A stretch of DNA of 64,000 bases from NCBI GenBank assembly GCA_976226885.1, contig OZ320313.1, positions 155,806,001-155,870,000 of the forward strand. The letters run 5' to 3'. Positions 49,101 through 61,100 of the stretch are shown one piece after another. Source of the stretch: Iphione sp. A-MEVVRFRX5. Taxonomy: Eukaryota. The number at the start of each line of letters is the position of its first letter. The first letter of the stretch is position 1. A program made the position numbers and the translations under genes. The notes beneath the pieces were generated by a model, which had not been told where the DNA came from, ran no database searches, and was given only the letters and a program-made list of their open reading frames with translations.

Positions 49101-52100
49101 AGGGCCTTGGGTTGGGCGCGGAGTCGGGCCTGGAGTCGGGGATTGGGTCGGACCCGGGGTTGGGGAAGGACTTGGAAAGGGGGTGGGATAAACTGTGGGG
49201 TACTGAGTAGGGTAGTGTGTCGGGTAAGTTGTAGGTGTTTTTGTAGGAAGGTAGGTCGCTGGCGCTGAAAAGATAGGAAGTATTCCTCTTGAGTTCCTTG
49301 AATGGGGAGGGGATATTAGGTCTAATATGGTATAACTATATTTTTTTTCACAATTGATGACATTTCCAGTACGAATTACGCGATAGAACATAGACAACAG
49401 AGTGATTTCATCAACATGATTCAAGCGATACACATAGACCTCTGACCCAACACAATGTGTAAGGAAATAAAGATACATGTACATGTATTTAAACCCCTAT
49501 TCAAGCATGGGACCAACCCTTGACAAATACCCAAATCTTCGAGAATTAAACACATACACTGACAAAATATTCCTATAAATCCTCTGAAAGAACCACCTCG
49601 CGAAAAGGTCTGACCCGTTCAAAGTTTGCCTACATTTGATCGTTACTACTGAACCTATACACATGAATGGATCTGCTGGGGTGCTATGGTGTACCATTTC
49701 TTCCGATATGTCACCTACCCATTAAAACCCCCTCCCTTACCAGCAATAGTGCACATGGCGGTGATGACGCTCACTATGAGGCGCTGCAGGTTATTGAAGT
49801 CGTCCGTTCGGTACAGGAAGCGGTCGTGAGGCTGGTTGGCTATCGCCTGCAGTTCGACCGCGTTGACCTGTGTGCCGATCCCGAGGGCGAACAAACTAAT
49901 TCCCGCGGCCCGCGCCCTGTCGGCCTCCGGGCGGACTCGGTGGGGGTCCCGGTTGGACTCGCCATCCGTCAGGATGATCCCAATGTTGGGCACCCCTGGA
50001 CGATCGCCGCGTCTGGGTTCAATGAGTAACAGATGTAAATAGCAGGCAAGTCCCCAATGCTTACAACCAGTGGAACATAACAAAGCTGACGACTCCCTAT
50101 GTTAAAGAGGCTGACGACTCCCTATGTCCGTCATTTATAATGCGCAAAATCTTCATCACATGCTTTTGATTAGCTTGCTTGAGTAATTTCAATCCTGTGC
50201 GGCAGAGGAGGGTTTTCGATAAATCAGAAATAAAAGAGTATATTCGTTTACAGCCATCGAAAATGTCTAATGCAAAAGCTACATAAATAAGAAACTTCAT
50301 GGTAGCCAACCCAGTCTTAATCTCAATACACAAACATATGTACATGTTTTTTCTATGTACATGTAAATGAAAATATGTTATGAAATTGTCTGGGACAATT
50401 CTGATAGGGCCAGTGGCAAGTATCGAACAGATTTGCCTCTTCCTCCAGTTGCCTAGTACTGTAGCAAAGCTATTGGTCATAGATCTTAACGAGCTACTCA
50501 CCTGGGGTCAAAGAGCAGTTCCCGCATGACCTTTATACCCCCGGAGGTGTTTGTCATTTCGTCCCTCCAGTGAAGACGATCGATGCCCTGTCGGACTCCC
50601 CACTCCGTCCTGTACGAGTCTAGGCGGAACTCGAACGTGGCGTACGTACCGAAGGTGACCACGCCCACTCGGTGCCTACCCTGTGTGATTGACAGGTAGC
50701 CGATGAAGGTCTTGAGGAAGTCGAGGATCTTGCGCCAATTGATGGGACCGATGCTACCTGAACTATCGACGACGAAGGCGATGTCGGCGGGACCCGGGTT
50801 GAGGCAGTCTGAGTCGGAAAAAGTTATCAGACTGGGATTAAGATATGAAGAATGAACTAACAAGTAGATACCTGTAAGGTTCCTATTGCACGAAATGGAG
50901 TGAATAGATGAGGATGTGATTGAAATATAGGGCATTCTTGGAGTCGGCAATCCGGGCACTTGTGGCCAGTACAGTGTAAACAAAGAGCTGTCAAGCCAAT
51001 ATTCATACAGATTTCATTTATATCATATGAAACCACTCTGCTCAATTCACATCTTTATTGATAAACTAAATAACTAAATAAGTGTATAGATTTAAATCCT
51101 TTTCTAAACTTTGCAATTCAGCAAAAATACTACAGAGGTGAAGAGTGGGTGATAATTGGGGAGTTTGTGTATATTCCTATGTAAATTCTAAGGCTTTGTT
51201 TAAACAAGCCACTGCAAATTTTGTGATTTGCACTTGATGAAAAGGTGGGGGAACAGGTACCTTCATTATAATGTCAGATGTAATAAAGAATTCAATGCCA
51301 AATGATTATTATGGGTGCAAACATTACAATAGCTCAAAGAGAGAAACCCACTACCTTTCACCTCCACCCCATGCAGCTTGACCTATATATGACTAAGGGT
51401 ACCAGTCTTATCTACCACTGTGATGTCATGCCGACTTGAAGAATAGGGCACGAGGAGGGAACTCGCATTTAGAGCAAAAAAATGTATTACGAAATAGACA
51501 TGATTTATTAGAACTGAATCTGTTTTCGTTCAACATTAAATTTTACCAAACTGAACAAATTACATATTCCGCTCTATATACTACAGAAATAACACTTAAG
51601 CAATGTCACCTAATCTATTCCAAAATACAACTAAAAGTGTACAAAGAGGTTTAATTGAAATGAAGTGTTGTTATTGTTGTTGTTAAGCAACTGGAATCAA
51701 AAGTAGGCCTAACTTACAATTAAAATACGGTTCATCACCCAGAGAATTGATTTGTTCGTATGAAATAGGAGACAGAATCTTAAGGAGGTTCTCACCTGTC
51801 GATGGGACAAACCGAGTGGTTCGAGGTGGTGGAGGTTCCGTAGTGGTTGGTCGTGGTGGACTTGTCGGTGGGGGTGGGCCAGTGGCACGGTCTACCGTGA
51901 GGCCGAGTTTTAGTGTAGAAGAAGACGGAACAATAGACAACAGATGTAAGGTGAATCTAGCCACTACTGGAGACGTAACGTATATATTTGATATACAGGA
52001 GACAGAGTTTGAAGGGGATGTGTAAAATAGGCTACTCACGGTATTTTAGGGTTAATTGTAGACTTGAGAATGGAAACAGCAAGTAATATTGATCATGTCA

Positions 52101-55100
52101 TAAGGCCTTGTAAAAAAGTTCTGTGTTTCCGGTAATCTGACCGACCCTACATTAGACTAAACCTTTTATTATATTCTCTTGTTTTTTGAAAAACTTCAGG
52201 ATGAATCATGATAGAGACATGTTCTATGCATCAATTCATTCCTTAGGCTACTAGCTCTCATTTGACATAGGTTTCATTCAAATCTAACTAGTATAAGTGG
52301 CATTGCCATACACATGTGCTGCTTTCAAGAGCTTTTAGCATTGACAAAAAAGGAAAAATTAAATGTGACCTACCGATCGACCCTTTTTTCAGCTTATTAC
52401 TGCAAACACATAACTTTGTTTTAGGCCTAAGTGCATAGATATCGTTGTCAAAACAGTTTCGGCACATATCATGCACTCCACATTATAGCCTGTTTCTAAC
52501 CTAGTCCTAATGCCATTTGCCTCACACAATATTATTCATGTTTGCATGTGTTTGCTTGAAATTAACAAGCACTGCTTGAAACGGGCAATACAGGCACATG
52601 CATAGTTGCAATGCAACACAGTAATGGAAACCATCTGGTTGCATATGCTAGGTTGGTAACAAATGCAATACAGTGCCCATGCATGCACACATGTGCATAC
52701 AGACATGGAAACGAGCCCTACTCTCCCAAACTGTCCCATTCTCTTACTCTACCCCTCTTTCCTATTCTTACGTTCTCATTACTGCCTGTCTCTCTCTGTC
52801 CACCTTCTCGCCTTCACTTTTACAACTGCTCTTCTTTTGTCTTCCTATCTAGTTATGTTTTCGACACCCTTCTCCGACTCTCACCTTCCCGTACATATAC
52901 ATGTATACTCTACCTGATTGTTTTCTTTACCTGGGAAAAGAATTATGCAGAAAGTGGGACAAATTTTGAGTTGAAACACCGAAATCCCACCAGTATATAC
53001 TACAAGGGAAACACACTTGATTAATTTTCTACACCTTATCCTCTACCTACCTAGAAAGGTCTGAAATATTTGGCATATTATTCAGGTGTTGCCGGAATCC
53101 TTCCACTCACCTGCCAGTGCGCAAAGTCTTTCAATTAGGGGCTGCTCCAACCCTGGCAAGTCACCGAAGGTGTTGGCGAAGAAGAGGTTGGCAGAGAGTG
53201 GCCTGCTTGCGATCGCCTCCACCTCGGGTCGCCGTAATCGCGATCCTACCCCGACGACCATCAGCGTTATCCCGCTCTGTTTGGCTATGAGCGCCTCAGG
53301 GATGGTGCGGTGCTCGTCACGGTTCGACTCGCCGTCAGTCACCAGGATCGCTACGTTCGGCGCCCAAGGCCGGTCCCCGCCAGGTGGCGTGAACAGCGAC
53401 TCCCGGGTTAGCCATAGACCGCCGGAAGTGTTGGTCATCTGATCTTTCCAGCGAATGTTGCGCATGCCCGCCGCGACGCCCGGCACGTCGGTGTAGCCGA
53501 GAAGGCCGAAGTGCAGCGACGCACTACTTCCGAACGAGACGGCGCCGATACGGACCTCGTTGAAGCTTACCGGAAGACGCTCGACGATGGCGACGGCGAA
53601 GTCAATTAACTTGGGCCAATTGTGTACGCCTACACTTCCGGACGAGTCGAGGACGAAGGCAACATCCAGGGGGCTACATTCTAAGAGATGTTTGAAAGAG
53701 AAATACACGTAGTGTATATTGAGCAGTTGGGTGTCAGCAAGAACAAAGGAGCAATAAGGACATACCAGAAATCAGGAGAAATCAGGCAATCACTTATGTT
53801 TAATATCTGATCATAATTCATGACAGACTACCAAAATAGAGAACAAAACAGCCTTAGCATTTCAGCCGCACCACATATTTTATCACACCTGCCAAAAAGA
53901 ATGAATATTCGTCACTTAATCTTTGATAGATGCTTAGTTAGAATGTAGATTTTATTTTTTTACTTATCACAGAGGCGCTGCACAAGGAAGAAAAAGTACT
54001 CTACTTTAGACTAAATTTCTGTTATACCCCACCCCCTAAAAATATACGTTCCAAATACATATATGCAAGAAGTACGGAGGTAATCGAATGTATATCCCAA
54101 ATTCAACGAACTCACGCTGACGACTGTTTCTATTCGGGTACGTCCAGGGGGCGTTGGTGGTCGACGATGGACGGGGGATCGGGGTCCCAGGAAGCGGCGC
54201 CCTTGTAGGGACGACCTGTTGGGTGTTTGGGCCATGTGTATACCAGCTCCTTGGTACAGGAGTATTGGCGGCGAGATTGGCATCTGGAACTGCACATTCA
54301 CAACCACATTCCGTGAGGAAATAATATATATATACATGTACGTCTATAATACCACTTCCGGCAATTTACATGTATACATTTCGGAAAGCCTCAAAGAACA
54401 CGTGTATGGTATCATGCATTGAGATCTGCAGTATTCGCAAACGTGAATAAAGAAAATGATACTCGAAAAACGCTCTTCATGACTGATGTGAATGTGAAAA
54501 TGTAAAAAGAAACGAATAAGCACATTTCCATCCAGTGCCACCTACCAGACCAATAGCTGAACTGGAAGCCTCGTCGACTGTATCGGGAGGTCGTATAGTT
54601 AGAACGAAATAGAACCATCATCTGATTCCCGAACGACTGTAGCGTCACCCGGGGTAAGTCTTGACAACAAAATCTGCAAATAAAACCACTCCTCAGGTTA
54701 TAAGCACTGCTAACATGTCTGGATAGGACGTTCTAAAATGGTTTAGAGTGAGAGATATATTGAATATAGAGACCAAAAAAATGCTTTTAAATGGCAGACT
54801 AGTCACGGCATTAATATTCATTAGAGTTGCATGGAATCTGATTGGATGTCAGAGGTCACATGACACTGCGCATTTCAAAATGGCGGTAAAAGTAAACATG
54901 CCGTTGGGGAGTCAACACACTGCATTCAATGGAGTAATATTTGTCGTTTTGGAATAGATTTGATCGTCTTATATTAAATTTACTGTTAAAATCATTTTAG
55001 AACCACATTTAACGACTCCATTCGTTCATGGTGGGAAGTTTAGACACTCAATCCCTCGGGCTGGGACGAAGTCCGAGCCCTCGGTTTCGTGTCTAAACTT

Positions 55101-58100
55101 CCACACCAGGAACTCAATTCCTTCGTTAAACCCGACGGTTAAGGACAACACCAGAATGCAAACATAGGCGATTTAATGAAAGAAACTACCTTTCTGCAAT
55201 CAGGATCGCTAGGCTCTGAGGAGAAACAGATTTGAGTTTCTTTAACTTTACCCTCACGCAACAATTAACCGTCCATCGTCGCTGACACAAATGCACAGGA
55301 ATACCTCCATGTAAACCTTTGATTTATTGAGAAAAGCACGGTGGTGTGAATAATACCTACTAGTGAGTAAAAAGAGGCGAATGTAACGACATGCTCACAG
55401 CTAGCGAATTACACCTAACTTAGATGGAGTATGCTCTTATCACACGCCCATGCTTTAATTGCTGGGAGTAGTCTAGAAGAGACCTCACTCCGTTAGGTGT
55501 TCTTAAGCTATCTGGAATGTCAATCTCACTTCAGTGCATCCCACCGGCCACCAATTGCCTGGTTAGCATGCGATCTAGGTATGCGGCCGTCAAGCTGCCT
55601 GATAACTTAGGCAGAGAAACGTATTTCGGTAATGATGCTACGGTTGTCAATGATACTTAGCGGACCACCTTTGTATCCATGATGAAACAGTCAAGCACTA
55701 CCCTCTGCCTTTTTAAATCAGCCTCTTACTCACTGCAGAAGGGTGAGGACAAGTGTATATATTGAAAAAAGTCTAAAACTCCAAAAAAATGACCAAAGAA
55801 GATAAAGATTAATGACAGTAGTCATATAGCTAATGAGAGTGATCGATGGAGTGAATATCCCAGTGGATATAGTAGGAACATTATCTATAGGGTGACAAGT
55901 CACACTGATTAAGCATTGCAATTTGTGGCATTATTCCAAGAACAACATTTATCGCGTTAACAGGGTATTTAGGATATTTTTTAAATAATTGATTGGCTCC
56001 TTTGCTTTGTCGTCTACATATTTCCCTTGTGAATAATTGATAAAAAAACCTTTTTAGTTTCATTTCATGGACGGGCGAGACTAGTGGCGCCATTGTCTCA
56101 TAAAGGTTCAAATGACTTTCTCGGTGTATTGTTCACAAATATTCCATAAATTTGATCAGAAAAAGAGAAAGGGCCAGTTTTCATACTTTCATTAATGCAT
56201 CGTGTGTGCCCTGCCTGTCTATTAAGTTGATTTACCAACACTTATTTTTCAATGGACTATTTACCATACATGCACTGCATTGATGCATTGCACGTGGATT
56301 GTTTTTGTGTTTACATTGTAGGTGCATTTGAAAATGGGCACTGCTCATAATTCAAATAGAAATGCATACAAATGCATATATGCAGGGTATGGAAAGTATG
56401 GTTAGAAGCTGGATGTGTGAGACAATTCCGCACATTTCTGCTCATTTGTATATATTGCCTTACATTTGCATAAATTGTAACAAATTTCATGGCTTAAATA
56501 TGCATACTGTAGCGTGGTTTTTCGTGATTTATTAAGTGCACCTTTCATGAGGTCTATCAGTTATTTGCTGTTATAATTATCTGTATTTTATATCATCATC
56601 TAAACCGGAACATCTTCATGCAATACATGGTGTTGTGTGGGCAATTCACACATTCAAGTGCACATATTTTCACGCATGGTAAAAGACACCTCCTTACATC
56701 CCCATATGTCCTTACGGTTGATGACAACGCAATGCAAACATGTGAGTGCAAGTATGGAGACCAGCCTAAATAGTTCTACACGTGATCTGCCATAACATTT
56801 AAACGACTTTTTCGCGGGAAAACAAGGATATGACAATGCACCTGCCTTCCGCACATTATCTGAGCAATTGTTGTGAGTACACTGTATCTAATGGAGTTCT
56901 TAGCGTAGGGGTGGCTCAATATTTAAACTTGTTTGATTTCTTAACGCAACTGCATACAACAACAATGATCTGTACAAATGCTTACAAGCTTCGCTGATAA
57001 GAGACTGATACGTCAGTTTTAAAATTAGAGTAAATTGCAGGTTAGGGAGATCATTAGTTTATTTGTTAAAAATACTGTCGTAGATTATAATGCATGTATA
57101 GATTATGAAGCCTGTGATGCATATATAGATTATGAAGCCTGTGATACTGTCAGCAAAGTGTTCAGTAATACCTGGGACCAATGTTGTTAATAGCACCGTT
57201 GTAGCGCACTTCGACCCAATGAAAACACGACCCATCAATACAATACACGCCGAAGTCGCCAAGAAAACGCAGCAAGATCTTGTAACCAGCTGGAGCCTAG
57301 ATGATCAAAGCATAAACTAATACATCAGAAGAAAGAAGATGATCAAGTGGATGATCCAGTGGAACCGTTGTTTGCGACCACCACTTGGGACCAAGTTTAA
57401 GTTGTCGCATTGGCTAATTTGGTCACAAATAGTGGTTCAACTGCATTGACAAGATTTTGGTTCTCACCTCAGGTGGTGGCAAATAGAGAACGGTCGCAAA
57501 TCGACATGGTCGCAAATAAGGGTCCGACTGTAGATATGATTATCCATATGTACATCTGTGTACAGTATATTGTCTTAGCAAAACAGATATATTTCATGAA
57601 GTTATAGGCTCTTAAAATGTTAATTCCCCCCGTTAATCGGTTTGAAGAATCATCTGTACAGCTACCAGGTATCCCATTTGCTTTATTACAGAAAAATCCT
57701 ATAAGGGATACTGCAAAAAATGACTCTTTCATGTTCAATTCGAACTACTGAATGGGCAAGAAATCCTGTTGTCCGAGTTCCTACCGTTAGTAGCCAGGTA
57801 CATTCGGTATGATCATCATAGTAACCACGCTGATAGTGGGGGGATGACATGACATGAGGGAGACGTGGCACTGGGATCTCTCCTCCGCAGGCCGCTGGAA
57901 CATGAAATCATCGTCATTGCAACGGTTACTCCCATCATCTCAACGAACAATACCTTTAAAGTGCACATGATAATAAAGGTAAGAGGATTAGACTTTACCT
58001 TATAATATTTGTACGTGGCATAGTTAACGTAGGAGTTAAACACTGGCCAATCGGTTTTCATTGACTCATTTGTAAGAATGTTCGGGCTAAAACGACTAAA

Positions 58101-61100
58101 TTATTACACGTAACGGCCCGGTTAGCCTAACTATACTAATTTATGGCGCAATCAAGGGCTATATGCAGCAAAGGCTGCTCTTTGGCCTTTAAGCCCAAGC
58201 ATCTCAAATTGTGACTAGATGGTTCCACTGACCATTGACAGATGGCGCGAGGGAAGCACAGTCGTTTCCACCGAAGCCGTCCGGACACCTGCACACGTTG
58301 CAGTTATTGGGGTCCTGATAGCCATTATTCTGACACGGTAGTCGTAGAGGATATTGACAGGAGTCTGAAGAGCATAACATATATTAACTCCAGTATTGTC
58401 TTACGAAAATGATCTTACCTTACCTTTCCAACGGATACAGTTTTAGTGGTGCTTCACGTTCTTTACAAATTTGTGAGCTTCTTCGAATCTTACTTAAAAC
58501 TGATATTACCTTGTTGATTCCTTTTAGATAGGATTTTGATACATCCCTCATATTTTAGATAAGAATGATGCAAATTTGAAGGTTTCTCGATGCATTCCTC
58601 TGCTTTATTTATAAATGATGGTAATTTGATGTTTTTATGTATCCACTATATTTTACATGTAAGTGACGGTAAGTAATTGTTGTCTTGATACTTGAATCAT
58701 ATGTAATACATAAGTGATTGAAAATAACTGTCCTTATACATGCATATTATCTTTTTATGTAAATGATAGGATATTCTTTTAGATGTGTTTTTATATCTAA
58801 CATGCATGTGTAGGGATTAGCTACAGTGGAAAGTCAACTCATGGACACAATTAAATAAGGGGAAAACAGAACTGGGGACACTTTCGGGAAAAAACCGATT
58901 ATATTTGCTATGGTAATAAAAGATGCCTCCAATAAGGACACGTCTCCATCAGGCGCACCTTAGGAACCAAGGGTGACATGATTAGAGGCTTTCCGCAAAA
59001 CATTCTTATTCCTCACCTGAGCAGTAGACCATGTTGGCAAGCTTAGCGTCAAGGAAGGAGAGCCCAGTCCTCTGTCCGATGGCCCTTTGATACAAAGGGT
59101 CTTTGGTTTCGATGGTGTAGTCCCCGTTAGCTGACATAGTCTACAGAGAGGAGTATAGCACCAATTTAAGGACATGATTCGTGTCTTAAAAAATAAACGT
59201 ATCGTACTTCCTACTTGTTCCCATAACATAATACCGTGGCCTTCAATAAAATTGTAAAAGATGACTTTGAGTGCTGTGAATGTCGAAATACTCATATTGG
59301 TGTGCGTGACTGAATACTTTTACTAAAAGAAAACATCAAAATGACTTCATAAAAACTGACAGATAAATTGATATAAGCTGTGGATTCAAACAGACATTAT
59401 TAATGCAGGAGCCAAATCAATATATTGCGTGAGAATCTTGCTGTTCTGCCATATGCCAGTCATTGGCTGCTAACCATTGTAAATTCATAAGTGTGCCATA
59501 AATGTTCAGTGCACTGCTTAAGCGTGTTAAGAAGTATCACAAATCTAAATGGCGCTCCTTTCGGAATCATCGCCCGACTATTCCATCGCAATCGGAATCA
59601 GCGCTTGTTGCAGAGTGATATGAACACGTTTCTGAGAACATAATATCCTCTCATCGTATGTTACATGGACTTTTGAAACTCCAAACTTTGGTGCCACATA
59701 TCAAAGACGTTAACCAAACAAGAGGCACTGAAATCCGTATATTGGTTAGAGACTTACTTTGCAACTGAGATTAATCTACAAGTCTAGGGTTTGTCCTTCT
59801 CGATCGCACACTGTGGATTTACATAGCACACTAATCCCAGGGTTCGTTTATCAAGTTCCAAGTCTGAACTGTTTAGAAACAGATTTGTGCAAAACTATGC
59901 TTTGAGATTTTGCCATCTCTGGATTATCTAAGGTAGGACTTCTCAGTTGAGGTAATCTGACTTGTCCCCTGTTATTATGTACTTGAAAGATCGTCTTGTG
60001 GTTATTCTGAAATTGTTTTAACAACATGATACATTGGACCACGATGCAGTGGGCTGTGCATTTCTATTCTAGATTCAGGTTGCCCGAGGTAACAGAAAAG
60101 CTTCTGGACATAAATCTTAAATGTACCTTGGCACTATAGTGCAATACCGAGCCATAGTCATAGGGTAGCAAGTTCGACGTCCGCCCAAGCCTCATCAGCT
60201 CCGAGACGAACGACATACCAACCACCGCATTGGTCGTCTTAATCCGGATGTAGCTGTCCCTGTCCGACCTCTGGTGTTCGTGCCAGAAGCCGATGACATG
60301 GCCGATCTCGTGAGCGATAATACCAAACTTAGAGAGACAAAGGGATAGAGTGATATTAGACCTTTCTTGTGTAGAAAAGAGAGGCGCCCCGATCATATGC
60401 GGACCCCATTGTCGTTGATAAGGCAAGAACACAGACATGTCCATCACATTGCTTCCATACGATTCACAGCTTGAGGAACCATTGGCGGCCTCCACTTGAT
60501 CAAATTGCAGTATGACCAACTCACACAATAGGTATACAGCTGAAGCTCACGTGGGGGACCAAGCATGGGAACGATCAATTTTGGTCCCTCCCACAGTTCG
60601 GTCTCATTAGAGGGAAATGAATGATTTGGTCCCAGAAATCTTGGTCTGCCACCAGTTTGGTCTCCCCTGCAGATGGTCATTAACAGAGTCTCTACTACAT
60701 GTAATGGAAAATCTCATATCCTCTGCTTTGACTTTTTTTTGAATAACCTAATCTTCCATATATTTGCTACATCATTGTCGATTTGAAATTAAATCTTTCA
60801 CGAAATGATATACATATAGTTATAATGGTTTATACATTATACAACCTCAAACAGATATGATGGTTATATTGATCGGATGTGAGCAGGTGAGGTTGTGAGA
60901 TTGTGAATCATCCTGTTCCTCCATCATATTTAAGTTTCTCTCTTAGCATACCTGAACTTGATTCCCCCCCTAAAAGGAAAAGAATTCTATTTAACTTCAA
61001 AGTCTTTATTTTCATTGAATTCAATTTCAGCCAGATTTCTGGAATGTTGCTTTGATACTGATAAGAACGCATTAAATGCCTAAGGCAGATGAAAACTTAC

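Noticed and set aside
45007-53442. Plus-strand and alternative-frame ORFs over the VWA and linker exons
   Set aside because: They are shadows of GC-rich VWA coding sequence.
57081-57145. 22-bp direct repeat TATAGATTATGAAGCCTGTGAT (period 27); also an 18-bp repeat at 50085/50110
   Set aside because: Two-copy slippage duplications in introns, with no spacer array or CRISPR-like structure.
60328-60528. N-terminal part of the 154-aa ORF (MCELVILQ...LSLCLSK)
   Set aside because: It is intronic read-through. The acceptor is at 60328-9, and the missing astacin segment comes from the exon at 61101-61173.
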